64,000 bases of DNA from Mustelus asterias (lineage: Eukaryota), in NCBI RefSeq assembly GCF_964213995.1, contig NC_135808.1, forward strand, positions 40,114,001-40,178,000, read 5' to 3'. The notes under the pieces are model-generated. The model ran no database searches, had not been told where the DNA came from, and worked only from the letters and a program-made list of their open reading frames with translations. Of the stretch, positions 12,925 to 26,015 are shown piece by piece (position 1 is the first letter of the stretch; every line of letters starts with the position of its first letter). The translations under genes and the position numbers were made by a program.

Positions 12925-13960
12925 TCAATGGGTTCTCCCTTATGTGGACTGTCTGATGGAACAGGAATTAATTTCACATGAATTGTCACACATGAATGGT
13001 TTCTCCCTGGTGTAAATGCATTGGTAGCGACTGAAATTTGATGACTGTGTGATTAGTCAGACACCTCACACATGAATGATTTTCCTGTGTGGATCATCAG
13101 ATGGACCAGGAGCTTCAATAACTCTGTGAAGCCCTTGTCACACACGCCACACATGAAAGATTTCTCCCAAGTTTCTACATCGGTGAACACAGAGATAATC
13201 AGACTGCAAGAATGAATTGTCACACATCTCATACTGGAATGGTCCCTCTCCAGTATGAATGCATTGGTGGACATGGAGTGTTGATGACTGTGTGAATGAT
13301 TTGTCACACACCTCATATGTGAATGACCTCTCTCATGTGTGGATTTGTTAATGTACATTTAGGGTGTGATGAGTGAGTGATCGATTCATCACAAACTTCA
13401 CACCTGAACGGTCTCTCTCCTGTGTGTGTAGGGAGACAAAGAGGTCCAATAAATGCAAGAATGATTTATCACATACCTCACATCTGAATAGTTTCTCCCC
13501 AGTGTGAATGCGTCTGGAGGGCTTAAGAGTCTGAGAATGCTTTCTTGCCCACTTCCCACGTAAATGGTTTCTCCCGTATGAGTACATGGTGGACACAGAG
13601 GTCTGATGACTGCAAGAATGATCTGTCATAAACCTCACATGTTAATAGTTTCTCTCCTGTGTGAATGAGATGGTGTCTCAGGAGCTTGGAGGAACTGGTG
13701 AAGCTGCCTCACACACCTCACATGTGAAGGGTTTCTACCCTGTGTGAATCCTCTGATATATTAGGAGGCCTGAAGATTTCTGAAAAGCTTTATCACAAAC
13801 CTCACATTTGAATCGTTTCTCTTCCATTTGGCTGCCCTTGTCAGAAATTGATACAGATGCAAGTCATGTTTCTCTGAATCCTCACACAGTCACACATGAA
13901 TAGTCTCTCACCTGTAGGAATAAGTCAGTGGTTCATGAGGCTCTATGAATGATTGAAGCA
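12925..13960 (-). pseudogene. Tandem C2H2 zinc-finger gene pseudogene
   Basis: Repeated F.CEVCDK.F.....L..H..IHTGEKPF units (e.g. MEEKRFKCEVCDKAF from ~13827) with stops, frameshifts and lost Cys/His. Confidence 0.85.
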
Positions 13961-13974
13961 CCCACCACACCTAC

Positions 13975-15875
13975 CACCTATTGCAGCAACAGGTCCACAG
14001 CAGACACCATCTCCCTGGCCCTCCACTCAAACTTGGAACACGTGGATAGCAAGGACACTTGTTTCAGACTCCTATTAGTTGACTACAGCTGAGCCTTCAA
14101 CACCATTATCCCAATACAACTCAACTCAAAACTCTGTGGCTTAGGGTTCAGCTCCTCCCTCTGCGACTGGATCCTAGACTTCCTCCTCCACAGACCACAA
14201 TCAGTAAGGATAGGTAATGATAAGATAGCTCCTCCACGACTATCCTCAACACCACTGCCCTACAAGGCGGAGTCCTCAGCGCCTTACCCTACTCTTTATA
14301 CACTTATGACTGCATAGCCAAATTCCCCTCCAACTGCATTTTCAAGTTTGCTGATGACACCATTGTAGTGGGTCTGATCTGAGACAATGATGAGTTGGTG
14401 TACAGGAGAGAGATAGATAGTCTGGTGAAATGGTGCAATGACAACAACCTCTCATAAGAACATAAGAACATAAGAAATAGGAGCAGGAGTAGGCCATCTA
14501 GCCCCTCGAGCCTGCCCCGCCATTCAATAAGATCATGGCTGATCTGACGTGGATCAGTACCACTTACCCGCCTGATCCCCATAACCCTTAATTCCCTTAC
14601 CGATCAGGAATCCATCCATCCGCGCTTTAAACATATTCAGCGAGGTAGCCTCCACCACCTCAGTGGGCAGAGAATTCCAGAGATTCACCACCCTCTGGGA
14701 GAAGAAGTTCCTCCTCAACTCTGTCTTAAACCGACCCCCCTTTATTTTGAGGCTGTGTCCTCTAGTTTTAACTTCCTTACTAAGTGGAAAGAATCTCTCC
14801 GCCTCCACCCTATCCAGCCCCCGCATTATCTTATAAGTCTCCATAAGATCCCCCCTCATCCTTCTAAACTCCAACGAGTACAAACCCAATCTCCTCAGCC
14901 TCTCCTCATAATCCAAACCCCTCATCTCCGGTATCAACCTGGTGAACCTTCTCTGCACTCCCTCCAATGCCAATATATCCTTCCTCATATAAGGGGACCA
15001 ATACTGCACACAGTATTCCAGCTGCAGCCTCACCAATGCCCTGTACAGGTGCATCAAGACATCCCTGCTTTTATATTCTATCCCCCTCGCAATATAGGCC
15101 AACATCCCATTTGCCTTCTTGATCACCTGTTGTACCTGCAGACTGGGCTTTTGCGTCTCATGCACAAGGACCCCCAGGTCCCTTTGCACGGTAGCATGTT
15201 TTAATTTGTTTCCATTGAGATAGTAATCCCATTTGTTATTATTTCCTCCAAAGTGTATAACCTCGCATTTCTCAACGTTATACTCCATTTGCCATATCCT
15301 CGCCCACTCACTCAGCCTGTCCAAATCTCTCTCAATGTCAGCAAAATAAAGGAGATAGTCATTGACTTCAGTAAGCATAGGGGAGGGCATGTCCCTGTTA
15401 CATCAGCGATGAAACGGAAATGGTCGAGAGCTTCAAGCTTCTAGGTGTTCAGGTTACCAACAGCATGCCCTGATCCCTCCGGGCTGATGCTGTATTTAAG
15501 AAAGTCCACCAGCATCTCTACTTTCTCAGGAGGCTAAGGAAATTCAACATGTCCGATACGACACCCCAATTCTTACAGATACACCAAAGAAAGCATCCTT
15601 TCAGGATGTATCACAGCTTGGTATGGCTCCTGCTCTGACCAAGACTGTCAGAAATTGCAAAGGGTTGTGAACGTAGCCCAGTTCATTCTCCCATCCATTG
15701 ACTCCGACTACACTTCTTGCTGCCTTGGAAAAGCAGCGAGCACAATCAAGGACCCCAGACACACACTCTTTCACCTTCTACTGTCGGGAAAAAGACACAA
15801 AAGTCTGAGATCACAAACCAACCAACTCAAGAACAGCTTCTTCCCTGCTGTCAGACTTTTGAATGGACCTACCTT
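13975..15875 (+). mobile_element. Rex1/Babar-type LINE RT fragment interrupted by a CR1
   Basis: DYS.AFNTI, PQG.VLS, KFADD remnants 14080-14360; resumes at ~15333 (LNVSK.KEIVIDF) through LKNSFFP. Confidence 0.8.
14453..15332 (-). mobile_element. Young 5'-truncated CR1/HER1 LINE
   Basis: Uninterrupted RT C-terminal ORF (RDLDRLSEWARIWQMEYN...RRNFFSQRVVNLWN) and (TTCTTATG)n tail. Confidence 0.95.
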
Positions 15876-15877
15876 AT

Positions 15878-16223
15878 CATAGAATCATAGAAACCCGACA
15901 GTGCAGAAAGAGGCCATTTGGCCCATCGTGTCTGCACCGACCACAATCCCACCCAGGCCCTACTCCCATATCCCTACACATTTACCCGCTAATCCCTCTA
16001 ACCTACGCATCTCAGGACACTAAGGGACAATTTTAGCATGGCCAATCAACCTAACCCACACATCTTTCGACTGTGGGAGGAAACCGGAGCACCCGAAGGA
16101 AATCCACGCAGACACGAGGAGAATGTGCAAACTCCACACAGACAGTGACCCAAGCCGGGAATCGAACTCAGGTCCCTGGAGCTGTGAAGCAGCAGTACTA
16201 ACCACCGTGCTACCGTGCCGCCC
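15878..16223 (-). mobile_element. HE1-type tRNA-derived SINE
   Basis: GGGCGGCACGGTAGCAC.GTGGTTAG head (A/B boxes), central GGTTTCCTCCCACAGTC core, CTATGATT tail. Confidence 0.9.
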
Positions 16224-17439
16224 ATCAGCTTATATTAAGCTGATTTTTCTCTTCTCCCGATCTGTAATTGCAACACTATATTCTGCACCCTCTCCTTTCC
16301 TTCTCCCTTCTGTACTCTATGAACAGTATATTTTTGTCTGTATAGCGTGCGAGAAACAATACTTTTCACTGTATACCAATATACGTGACAATAATAAATA
16401 CAATAATAAATCAAATCAAATCAAACACTTGGAGCCCATGCACACTTCTTGCCACCCTCACCCCGATTGATCATTCACAGCGGAACCTTCAGAAAGGTTG
16501 GTTCTGATGGAGAATTCCACACCACTGACCAGTTGGCCACTGCCATCAGACTTTAGAATGGACCTACCTTGCATCAATTTGATCTTTCTCTACACCCTAG
16601 CTATGATTGTAACACTACATTCTGCACTCTCTCCTTTCCTTCTCTATGAACTGTATGCTTTGTCCAAATAGCATGCTGCATACGAATGCATGTGACAATA
16701 ATAAATCAAATCAAAATCAGATCTGATGATATGTAAAATCTCCCCTGACCCAACTGATTTCCAGATGATGGTTTCACTGCCCAGCCTTCTCGAGTTGAGT
16801 AAAGTTGTGAAAGGACTGGGTATCTTCCCACAGTTGTGCAGTTGTTCCTTGGGTGATTGTCAGGATCTGTGGTGTCTAGTCTCTCTGTATTCTCTGATGT
16901 AGCATGGTGCAATCCTTCAGTAAAACAGGAAAAGGAAACATGATCTCCTCCAACTCCTTTTCCTCCTTTGCTGAAGGGGCTGACTCCTCAGTTAGAGGCA
17001 GTTCCACAGTGAGTGTCAGTCTGCTATTTCCCTGTGTGGGGATCAGATACAGGTCTTTTCTTTTTTCTTCACTTGATTGTCACACACACTCTGTTTCCAG
17101 CAGGGAGACTGGATAGTGACCAGAAGCAGACAACAGGGCTACTTTCTTTCCCCCGTCCAGGCCCCATCTTCTCAGGCACCATGAAGGCAATGGAAAAGAC
17201 AGTTGGCTGGAGTGTAAAATGGACTATCAGTCACTATGAGTTCAAGTCGTGCTGGCAAAGACCAGTTTTATGCTAAGAGTATGTGTTAAATATAAAAAAG
17301 ACAGGAAAATGCAAGTTCAATGCAGATATTGAAATTTCTCCGTGTTGTGCAAATTATTTTTGGAGAAAACAGACTGGCTAATCTCACAGTTATTTCATAG
17401 GGTCAACTGTCCTGGCACCATTCTGAAAGACATGCTAAT

Positions 17440-17880
17440 TCATAGAACCCTACAGTGCAGAAAGAGGCCATTCGGCCTATCGAGTCTGCACCAACTCCCA
17501 CCTAGGCCCTATCCACATATCCCTACATATTTACCCACTAACCCCTTTAACCTATGCATCGCGGGACACTACGGGGCAATTTAGAATACCCAATCAACCT
17601 CGCCCGCACATCTTTGGACTGTGGGAGGAAACTGGAGCACCCGGAGGAAACCCACGCAGACACGGGGAGAATGTGCAAACTCCACACACACAGCGACCCG
17701 AGCCGGGATTCGAGCTCAGGTCCCTGGAGCTGTGAAGCAGCAGTGCTAACCACTGTGCTACCGTGGCGCCCCGTGCTGGTTAGATGCATTGACCTGAACA
17801 GGCACCAGACTGTGGTTTCACAGTAAATTCATTGCAGTGTTAATGTAAGCCTTACATGTGACTAATAAATAAACTTTAAG
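17440..17880 (-). mobile_element. HE1-type SINE (minus) abutting a plus-strand alternative SINE tail
   Basis: SINE 17440-17771; tail ...CACAGTAA.TTCATTGCAGTGTTAATGTAAG...AATAAATAAAC 17772-17880. Confidence 0.85.
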
Positions 17881-17954
17881 CATATTTAAACCCAGAATCA
17901 CTGCAGGCCAGGAAGTCCATGTTATTCCTCAAGAGTCCTTGAGGGCACATCTTG

Positions 17955-18955
17955 TCAAAGAACAAAGAACAGTACAGCACAGGAAAAAGGCCCCTCAGCC
18001 CTCCAAGCCTGTGCCGCTCATTGGTCCAACTCGACCATTCGTTTGTATCCCTCCATTCCCAGACTGCTTATGTGACTATCCAGGTAAGTCTTAAACGATG
18101 CCAGGGTGTCTGCCTCCACCAGCCTACTTGGCAGCGCATTCCAGGCCCCCTCCACTCTTTGTGTAAAAAACGTCCCTCTGATATCCGAGTTATACCTCGC
18201 CCCTCTCACCTTGAACCCGTGACCCCTCGTGATCGTCACCTCCGACCTGGGAAAAAGCTTCCCACTGTTCACCCTGTCTATACCCTTCATAATTTTGTAC
18301 ACCTCTATTAGGTCTCCCCTCATTCTCCGTCTTTCCAGGGAGAACAAGCCCAGTTTACCCATTCTCTCCTCATAGCTAAGACCCTCCATACCAGGCAACA
18401 TCCTGGTAAACCTTCTCTGCACTCTCTCCAAAGCCTCCACGTCCTTCTGGTAGTGCGGCGACCAGAACTGGATGCAGTACTCCAAATGTGGCCTAACCAG
18501 CATTCTATACAGCTGCAACATCAGACTCCAGCTTTTATACTCTATACCCCGTCCTACAAAGGCAAGCATACCATATGCCTTCTTCACCACCTTCTCCACC
18601 TGTGCTGCCACCTTCAAGGATTTGTGGACTTGCACACCTAGGCCCCTGTGTGTTTCTGTGCTCTTGATGGCTCTGCCATTTATTGTATAACTCCCCCCTA
18701 CATTAGTTCTTCCAAAATGCATCACTTCGCATTTATCTGGATTAAATTCCATCTGCCATTTCTCCGCCCAATTTTCCAGCCTATCTATATCCTGCTGTAT
18801 TGTCCGACAATGTTCATCGCTATCCGCAAGTCCAGCCATCTTCGTGTCATCCGCAAACTTGCTGATAACACCAGTTACACCTTCTTCCAAATCATTTATA
18901 TATATCACAAATAGCAGAGGTCCCAGTACAGAGCACTGCGGAACACCACTGGTCC
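17955..18955 (-). mobile_element. CR1-type LINE 3' fragment
   Basis: ORF 18018-18983 with SGVPQ.SVLGP, KFADD, FFTQRV. Confidence 0.95.
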
Positions 18956-19142
18956 TGGAGAAGCTTGCAGATGCAAGAAGCACATCCTAGGAGAAATGAA
19001 GGTGACTCCAACATTGCCTTTTGCACAGGTCCTTGCTTCTATTGCCCCTGTGAACTAGTGTTGAGCTCTCATCTGGATAAGAGCCATCATTGTTGGCTGA
19101 AGCTTACATCTTCAACACCTTGGTGGATGTGTGAACAGCAAC

Positions 19143-19452
19143 TGGGGCAGCACGGTGGCACAGTGGTTAGCATGCTGCCTTATAGTGCCAGGGACCCAGG
19201 TTTGATACACGGCTTGGGTCATTGTCTGTGTGGAGTCTGAACGTTCTCCCCGTGTCTGCGTTGGTTTCCTCCGGGTACTCCATTTTCCTCCCACAGTCTG
19301 AAAGACGTGCTGGTTTGGTGCATTGGCTATGCTAAATTCTCCCTCAGTGTACCTGAACCGACATCGGAGTGTGGTGACAAGGGGATTTTCACAGTAACTT
19401 CATTGCAGTGTTAATGTAAGTCTACTTCGGACTCAAATAAATAAACTTTAAA
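19143..19452 (+). mobile_element. HE1-like SINE with alternative tail
   Basis: tRNA-like head and core, then CACAGTAACTTCATTGCAG tail. Confidence 0.85.
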
Positions 19453-20159
19453 CTTAAAAAATAACTTTTAAAAACTTGAATCAAAGCACTACATTTAGTA
19501 AGCATGTCCTTTGTAGGTTTCCTTCCATCTCAAAACCAGCAGGTAAGTGTTAAGTTCTTCACCTGTCCTTCAAGGCAACTCCATCCCTTCCAGGTAAAGG
19601 ACATCCTGAAGGAACAGAGAAGAGTTCCTCCTGCTCATAGATGAATGGAGACATTGTTGCTTGACCTAGGTGATTAGAGCCATGTGCAAGATGCCTTTCC
19701 ACTTGTCTCCATTCCCTTGAGGCTCTACCATTGCCTTGGTAACAGAGAGGGACTTGTAGCAGACATGGCCAATCTCCAGGCGGATGAAGCTTTGGAGTCA
19801 GGAGTTTGTTGTCCCCCATCTGTGCCCCTGGGAGGCATCCACCTCCCTCTCTTTCTCTTCATCCTAGTAAGAAATCTCACAACACATCATCTCTTCACCC
19901 TGTCTCTGACTGCAGCCAGTGGCAAGTGGCACACTCCAGACCTTGCTGGATCTTGATGTTTTGAGACCCATGAGCTGGGAAAACGTCTGCTATCATGTGG
20001 ACTTTGCCAGAGAGAGGAGAACACAAGTGAGCATGGCTGACAAAAAATATAGTTGACCTGAGCTTGCTGTGTTTTATATGAGAAAGGAGGCCAGCTCCCA
20101 GTGCCTCCTTCCTTTGCAATGGTCACTATATTTGAGATGGTATATAACTGGAACTTGTA

Positions 20160-20540
20160 ACAGTCTAACCATGGTGGAAAACTAAGAGGTTATCTGCTTT
20201 GGAAGGAGGAACAGATGCACAGAGTATTTCTTACATGGTAAGAGATTTCAAAATTTAAATGTGCAAAGGGACCTGGGTGTCCTCATCAATAAGTCACTGA
20301 AGGCTAACACACACGTACAACGGTTAATTAGTAAGGTTAGTGATATGTTAGCCTTTATTGCAAGAAGTGGCAGGAGTGGCAGAATTTTGTTTCAGCTGTA
20401 TAGGAGTTTAGTTAGATGGCAGCTGGTGTAGTGTGTGCAGTTTTGGTCCCTTTAGCTTGCGAAGGATGTTATTGCCATAGAGGGAGTTCAGCAGATATGT
20501 TTCCAGGGTGGTGGCACTGTCCTATGAAGAGAGACTGGAA
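20160..20540 (+). mobile_element. Degenerate CR1 RT fragment
   Basis: QRDLGVL, LAFIAR, CVQFWS remnants. Confidence 0.7.
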
Positions 20541-20559
20541 TTCATATCAATGTGTTTAT

Positions 20560-20890
20560 TTTTTTTGTCTTTTAGGGCAAACTAAATAAACCAACTCAAA
20601 TGAACTCAGGGACAAAGTAAAAGGGGTAGCTCCCCAAAAGGAGGGGAAACAGCCCAAACAGAAGTACAAAGGAAACTTAAAACATCAAATCATAATGTGA
20701 TTATCGGGGTCTATAATGCACCCCAGCCCCTGCGGTGCCCAACGGGCGCAGAAGGCGTCAACTGCACCCATGGACACCGCATGACCCCTTTCCAGGGACA
20801 CCTGGCTGCGAACGTAGCCGCGGTAGAGGGGCAGACAGTCAGGATGGACGATCCCGTCGATCGCCCGCTGCCTGGACCTGTTAATGGTCA
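20560..20890 (-). mobile_element. Tx1/L1-type LINE 3' end
   Basis: ORF 20685-20891 (CLPLYRGYVRSQVSLE...AF..RWAPQG) resembles a Tx1-type ORF2 C-terminus, followed by an A-rich tail. Confidence 0.55.
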
Positions 20891-21027
20891 AGATGTTTAT
20901 CGTGACAGTGATTTATTGTGATCCCAGTCTCCCTCTTTACACTGGGTAGCTGTTGGGCAACGCCTTTTCATTGTCATTCCAGTTCCTGTTGCCCAGCTTC
21001 AATCTCACTCTGACTCAGTTTGATCTC

Positions 21028-21191
21028 CCTGGTAACTGGTGACAGGCGACTAGTTTGACTTTTCATTGGTTGGTCCTGAAAAAGAAATACCCAATCATTC
21101 ACCCTCTGGCTCTGCGGCTTGCATTCAGGAAATGGTCGCACGTCACGTTTGATGATAAATGGAGTCCTGATAGATTTTTTCGGTCTATAAA
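21028..21191 (+). promoter_or_regulatory. MHC-type proximal promoter: X box, Y box, CCAAT, TATA
   Basis: X-like CCTGGTAACTGGTG 21028-21041, 20-nt spacer, TTCATTGG 21062-21069, CCAATCA 21091-21097, TATAAA 21186-21191, ATG 21245. Confidence 0.75.
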
Positions 21192-21244
21192 CAGCAATTG
21201 TTCTTCCCTGCCACTGATTGGAACAGGGACCGTGGATTTCCAGA

Positions 21245-21296
21245 ATGTTGCGGATCCTTTTCTCCATCTCCTTGTGTTTTTCCTGCGTCTCTTCCG
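21245..21296 (+). CDS. MHC class I-like heavy chain exon 1 (signal peptide MLRILFSISLCFSCVSS)
   Basis: Hydrophobic 17-aa leader ending at a phase-1 G|GTAAGG donor. Confidence 0.85.
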
Positions 21297-21654
21297 GTAA
21301 GGACAGAATTCAGCCTTTCGTTCTCTCTCTGTCACTGCTACATCTCAGGATCTTTGCAGTAAATTCCCTGAGATTTTACGAGGAGTAACAATGCGTGTCA
21401 CAACTGCAATGCGTGTCACAATATTAAACTGATCGAGGTTTTTGTATCTAATTTTCTGTGTCCGTCTCGCTCTGTTCCTCTATCTATTTCTCTCTGTTGC
21501 TTTCTTTCTCTCTCTCTCTCACTCTTCCCCTTTCCTTCTTATTGTCTCTGTGTTTTTCTGTTTCTCTCTGGGGCTTGTGAATGAACTTCACCTGGTCAGG
21601 TGGTGGTGTTTGTAGATGTATATGAACTTGTCTCTTTCATTGTTTTCCATACAG

Positions 21655-21915
21655 ACAGTAATTCCATTACCACGGTGTTTGTGGCAACATCTGGCATTAC
21701 TGAGTTACCTGAGTATTTTGGTGTAAGTATGATCAATGGAGTTCCAGTGACATCTTACGACAGTGATACCCACCAGACAGTCTCCCGGCAGCAGTGGATG
21801 GCAGACTCTTTTGATGGGGAGTACTGGGAATATCTCACAAACCAAGGGAATAAACTTTCTGCCATGGCTAAGGAAAATCTGAGGACAATAATGAAGGGGA
21901 CAAACCAGACATCCG
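21655..21915 (+). CDS. MHC class I-like exon 2 (alpha1 domain)
   Basis: CAG acceptor, 261 nt, DSNSITTVF...PEY..V.MING....YDS...SRQQWM....GEYWE...NQT, G|GTAAG donor, phase 1-1. Confidence 0.95.
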
Positions 21916-22149
21916 GTAAGATTAGTGGCTCTGGATCTCTCATTAACTGCCTGTTTAGCTGATACCAGACATCTACCTAACCACAGTTTTACTGCAGTGT
22001 GTAACACTGTGGTGTACAGTGCTTGGATCATCCTAGCCACATCTGTCATATATGTATAAAACAGGTGCCCACGCACCCAATATGGTGGACAGGCTAATTA
22101 CAAACCAGAAGTGTGGCAACAATGAATCATAGATTGATTGCAACAGAGA

Positions 22150-24450
22150 AGGAAGTCATTCAGCCTGTTGTGTCTGAATCAGCTCGAAGCAAGAACAACT
22201 CTGCTAATTCGCACTCCCTTACCCTTTTGACGTTGTCATGTTGGCCTTTCCTGTTAAGTTAATGATCTGAATTCCTTTTGAAAGCTTTGAATGTATTAGC
22301 CTCCAATATACCCTCAGGAAAACTCAAACCATACACTTCGTAACAAAGTTTTTAAAAAGAAAGATTTGGCACATCAATAGGGATGTTCATGACCACCAGA
22401 TGTTTCAAAGCACGTTACAGCTAATGATGTACTTTTGAAGTGCAGGAAATAAGACAGCCATTGCTGGAATTACTGGCACAGACAACAATGTGATCATGAC
22501 AGATAATCTGTTCATAGATATTGATTCAGGGTTAAATTATGGCCAGGATATTTGGGCTAATTCCCCTGCTCTACTTCAAAATACTGCCATCAGATTTTTA
22601 CATCCACCAGAGTAGGCAGATGAGGACTGGCTTAACATTTCATCCAAAAGAGGTATCTCCAGCAGTGCAGCACACTCTCAGTGCTGGAGTGTCAGCCTGG
22701 ATTTTTGAGCTCAAGCCCCAGAGGGAACTTGAATTCAAAACTTTGTGATTGAAATACAATCAATCTAGCCATGGCTGGCCCAGATTTTTCCTTGTGTTGC
22801 TATTGGTTGCTTTGCCTTAAAATTGGTGTTGGCTGGTCCTCCACCCTTCCACCAATGGAAACACTTTCTCCTTGTGTCTAGACCCCCTCTAGATTTTGTA
22901 CATCTTTATCAAAGCTCAACCTCCTTTTCTCTCATTCTTTTGTGAGGAGGATAAGCCTAATTCACAGAATAATAGAATTGTTCCAGTGCAGAAGGAGATT
23001 ATTTGGCCCATTGTGTAACACCGTCTCTCTAAAGGAGACTCATGACTTAGTGCCATCCCCTGTACCCCTGGACGTTCTTTTTATTCAGATAATCATCTAA
23101 TGCCGCCTTAAATGCCTCAATTGAATCATATCTCCACAACACTTCCAGGCAGTGCATTCCAGACTCCAACCACTTGTTGTATGAAATAGTTTGCTTCTTT
23201 GAAAATCACCTTAAGTCTGTGTACTCTCCTTCTTGACCCTTTTACAAGGGGGAACGGTTTCTCCCTATCTGCTCTGTCCAGCCCCCTCATGGTTTGAATA
23301 TCTCTATCAACTCTCTCTTAGTTTTCTTCTCTCCAAGAAGAACAGTCCCAACCTCTCCAATCTGTCCTCATAACTGAAGTTTCTCATCCCTGGAACCATT
23401 CTTGTAAACCTCTTTTGGAGTCTCCAATGTTTTCACATCATTCCTATAGTATGGCATCCAGAACACAATATTCCAGCTGAGGTGTAACTAATGTCTTGTG
23501 TAAGTTAAGCATAACCCTCTTATTCTTGTACTTCTTGTACTGTATGCTTCTATTAATAAGGCCCAGAATACTGTATATTTTATTAACTGCTCTCATGACT
23601 TATCCTGTCACCTTCAATGATCAATGCATATATATACACCCAGGTCCAATTATTCCATGTGACTGAAAGGAGTATTCTGTAAACATTTTCTGCACCCTCT
23701 CTAATATCTTCACATCTTTCCTAAGATGTGTACCCAGAATTAAACACAGTACTCCAGTTGAGTCTGAATTAGTTATTTTGTAAAGGTTTATCTTTATATT
23801 GCATTGGCACACTATGGCTGGAATTCTTCAGCCGCTCTTACCAGGGGGATCATCTGGTCCTGCCGATGATGAAACCCTGCAGTGGGTTTCCCAATGATGG
23901 GGGTACGTAGAACAGAAAACCCCTTTGCCAGCGGAGGGACCAGAAGATCCTGCTACCAGTCAATGGCGGGCAGCCTCTACCACAGTGAAACATGCTATGT
24001 GGGACGTGGAAAATTGTGTCCTATATCTCGATTTATAAACCCCAGGATCTGAAATGCCTTTTTAACCGGTTTCTCATCCTGACATATCAGCCGAAATGAT
24101 TTTACTCAGATACCCCAGCAATACAGTGGAGTTCCTGGGGTCCTTAGATCATTAATTTTCCTGATATATATTAATGACCTAGGCTTGGGTGCACATGGAA
24201 AACATTTCAAAGTTTGCAGATGACACAAAACTTGGGAGTATTGTGAACAGTGAGGAGGTTCAAGATAGACTTCAAAAGGATAAAGACCAAGGGCCAATGG
24301 AATGGGTGGGCAAATAGCAGATTAAATTTAATGAAGAAAATGTGAGCTGATACATTTTTGGAGAATGAACAACAATATAAAATGAAATGTACAATTATAA
24401 AGAGGGTGCAGGAGCAGAGGAATCTGAGGACCATGTGCAAATGCATCTGT
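22150..24450. mobile_element. Cluster of old CR1-type fragments in MHC intron 2
   Basis: Minus-strand CR1 3' fragments (~22960-23800) and a plus-strand RT remnant with KFADD (~24120-24440). Confidence 0.65.
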
Positions 24451-25714
24451 TGAAGGAGCAGAGGAACCTGGGGACCATGTGTTGATGACAGTACTGGTAG
24501 GTGTGATTATAGTATGATCCTTGTGGAAACCAAGACTGGTATTCATGCTAAGGATATCTTCCACTGTGCTTTATAGTACAACCATTGTGCCAAATGGGAA
24601 AGATCCATGAGGTGCTATGGGCCACCAGCAGTAGAATTGTACTCAATGACAATCTGTAATTTAATGGCCTGGCATAACCCCAGGCTACCAATACCATCAA
24701 GTCATTACTGTAATGGGGAGGCAGTAGTGCAGTACGATTGTCACTCAACTAGTAATGCAGAGACCCAGGGCAATGCTCTGGGGATCCGGATTTGAATCCC
24801 ACCAGGGCAGATGATAAATTTTCTTTAAAAACTCGATAGTACATCATCAACCATTCTCGATTGTCGTAAAATACCACTGGTTCACAAATGTCCTTTAGGG
24901 AAGGAAATCTGCCATCCTTATCTGGTTTGGCCTCGTTGTAATTCCAGACTCACAGCAATGTTGTTAATATTATATAGCCTAGTAAACCTCCTTACTGACA
25001 TTTGGGGGCTACTGCCAAAATTTGAAGACTTGTCCTATAGACCAGTGAAGCAACAGCCTGACAGTCACAGAGTCACACCTTACACACAACCATGACCATT
25101 CCTGGATATGTCCTGTCCCACCAGCAGGACAAATCCAGCAGAGCTGGTGGTGGCACAGTGGTATACAGTCAGGAGGGGTTACCCTGTGAGTCCTCAACAT
25201 TGACTCTGGACCCCATGAAGTCTCATGTTACCAGGTCAAATATGGGCAAGGAGGTGGGGTCAAGTGAGGTAAGTGCGCGAGAGGCTGCATATTTGCAAGT
25301 GCTGGTACACTCATCTTTTAAACCTTTTGTTTTATCCTGATTTCAACACACAATTATTTGATCCTGATGTGTATAATCTGTGCTATGTTCTTGAAAGATC
25401 CTGGCTAAATTTTGGCAATGGGGAGCCAAGTTAAGTCTAGGCATTCCTTGTTTGATTGAGGTAGTAGGAGACAACCAGTGTGGGCTCAGTTTGCAGTGCA
25501 GTTTTGCTGGTGACTGTGTCTGCACTTCAGCAATGCCTTTGGTGACGAGATGATCGCTGCCATTCTGAGGGAATTTGTGGACAATGGTCTAGGCTCCACG
25601 ACAGATTGTTGGTGCTCACGTTGATGAACTGTGAGATATCCAAAAGAGAATGGAGGAAGTGGAGAAGAGAATCTTGTCAGTTGAGAAGGTAGTTTCCTCG
25701 GTGGAGTTTATCTT

Positions 25715-26015
25715 AAAGTTTACTTATTAGTGTCACAAGTAGGCTTACATTGACATCGCAATGAAGTTACTGTGAAAATTCCCTGGTCGCCACACTCTGG
25801 CACCTGTTCGGGTACACTGAGGGAGACTTTAGCACAGCTTATTCACCTAACCTGCAAATCTTTGGACTGTGGGAGGAAACCGGAGCACCCGGAGGAAATC
25901 AACGCAGACACGGGGAGAATGTGCAAACTCCACACAGACAGTGACCCAAGCCAGGAATCGAACCCAGGTCCCTGGCTCTGTGAGACAGCAGTGCTAACCA
26001 CTGTGCCACCGTGCC
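25715..26015 (-). mobile_element. HE1-like SINE (alternative tail)
   Basis: Same head and core as other copies. Confidence 0.85.

Noticed and set aside
13053-13638. Zinc-finger ORFs as a functional gene
   Set aside because: Frameshifts, stops and missing zinc ligands throughout
21600-21654. ORF-track N-terminus MVVFVDVYELVSF... (and the similar extensions at 31365 and 31787) as protein starts
   Set aside because: These are intronic in-frame extensions; true boundaries are set by AG acceptors and a separate leader exon
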